The position numbers were made by a program, and so were the translations under genes. From assembly GCF_964355755.1 (NCBI RefSeq), contig NC_092674.1:27156001-27220000 (forward strand): a DNA stretch of 64,000 nt, given 5' to 3'. Numbering within the stretch: the first letter of the stretch is position 1; each line of letters begins with the position of its first letter. The notes beneath the pieces were generated by a model, which did not search any database, was not told the origin of the DNA, and saw only the letters and a list, made by a program, of their open reading frames with translations. This stretch comes from Antedon mediterranea (Eukaryota; Animalia; Echinodermata). This document shows, one piece after another, positions 63,201 through 64,000 of the stretch.

Positions 63201-64000
63201 AACGTCAAGGAATATTGTAAAACCTAAACAAAGCACGACAGCTATTAGTTTCAACAAGTACCAGTGTGGTGGAACGACGTATGGTGGCATGTACACACAG
63301 AACCTCTCCATTTCCGACTCCCCTTTACATGGTTTTCCGGCACACGATCTTTCATGCATTACATTTCGGGATCTGTACTGAATTGCTCCCAGTTGTGTGG
63401 GTTCACACGGAGACCAGCTACTCCATTGACTCCATTCACAGTCTATGTCTTTACATTCACAGACGTCACCACTGAAACCAGTAGGACATCTGCATACGTA
63501 CTTTGAAGGTTCTAACTGTCCATTGTTCTGACAGAGTGAACATGAACGTGTCTGTCGTCGATCATTAGAACATGACAATCCATTACATTTGGGTGGTATC
63601 TCGACTGTACGTGTTCTAATTTGCTGACCACGAGCATTTTCGATGACGTCACAATCTGACCAAGGAGTCCATTCTGTCATTATGCAATCCTGCACCTTAC
63701 ATTCACAGCACTCACCATTGTAACCTTCATGACAAGAACAAAACGGAGATCTGGATCCTGAATTGACAATGTCACCATTATTACAATGACGATTGCAAGA
63801 CTCTTTTTCTTGTTCTAATGGACAGGGAACTCCGCCAAATTCAGCATCTGAAACAACGCTACGTGTTCTTTTCCTTGTTCCAAACGGTCCGCATGTATGA
63901 GAGCATTCTGTCCATTCAGTCCATTCTGTCATCTCGCAGTTTCGTATCTTATTTTCACAGCACTCACCAGTGTACCCTTCTTGACAATAACAAGACGATG
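63102..64000 (-). CDS. 3' part of a single-pass membrane protein with alternating EGF-like and TSP1 (spondin-type) modules; 5' end lies outside the window
   Basis: The frame is open from 63998 (SSCYCQEGYTGECCE...). Three W..W..C...R.R.R TSP1 repeats alternate with C.C..GY/F.G..C EGF motifs, followed by hydrophobic LLKLIAVVLCLGFTIFL and a stop at 63102. Confidence 0.8.
   Translation of the reverse strand, partial: SSCYCQEGYTGECCENKIRNCEMTEWTEWTECSHTCGPFGTRKRTRSVVSDAEFGGVPCPLEQEKESCNRHCNNGDIVNSGSRSPFCSCHEGYNGECCECKVQDCIMTEWTPWSDCDVIENARGQQIRTRTVEIPPKCNGLSCSNDRRQTRSCSLCQNNGQLEPSKYVCRCPTGFSGDVCECKDIDCEWSQWSSWSPCEPTQLGAIQYRSRNVMHERSCAGKPCKGESEMERFCVYMPPYVVPPHWYLLKLIAVVLCLGFTIFLDVVGTGRLQYVYNIDLRLLVFNNVNSEEAHVHNA

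Overview
AT-rich, intron-containing animal (invertebrate bilaterian) genomic DNA; an echinoderm or other deuterostome origin is only my guess. It is not prokaryotic. Genes: (1) the 5' part of a FAT4/Fat giant cadherin on the minus strand, with a 5,178-bp first coding exon (40186-35009), a 31.6-kb intron and three more exons running off the left edge; (2) a TRIM-NHL E3 ligase with a single coding exon (47442-49631, +); (3) two tandem paralogous 5-exon genes (-) encoding secreted proteins of signal peptide, coiled coil, Pro/Thr stalk and a stand-alone CASPR/neurexin-IV-type fibrinogen-like domain; (4) the 3' end of a membrane protein with alternating EGF and TSP1 modules (-), followed by a decayed duplicate of its own C-terminus. 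Non-coding DNA is rich in mobile elements: Helentron/HINE-like elements forming 'one head, several tails' concatemers (29.7-32.1 kb and 41.0-45.4 kb), three 20-30-bp CA..TG palindromes with 7-bp direct repeats that resemble P-element excision footprints, a Tx1/L1-type LINE whose 15-bp target duplication overlaps a splice donor, a tRNA-derived SINE nested in a MITE, Harbinger- and Kolobok-like MITEs and Penelope-type hammerhead remnants. All homology calls come from recall of family motifs; no searches were run.
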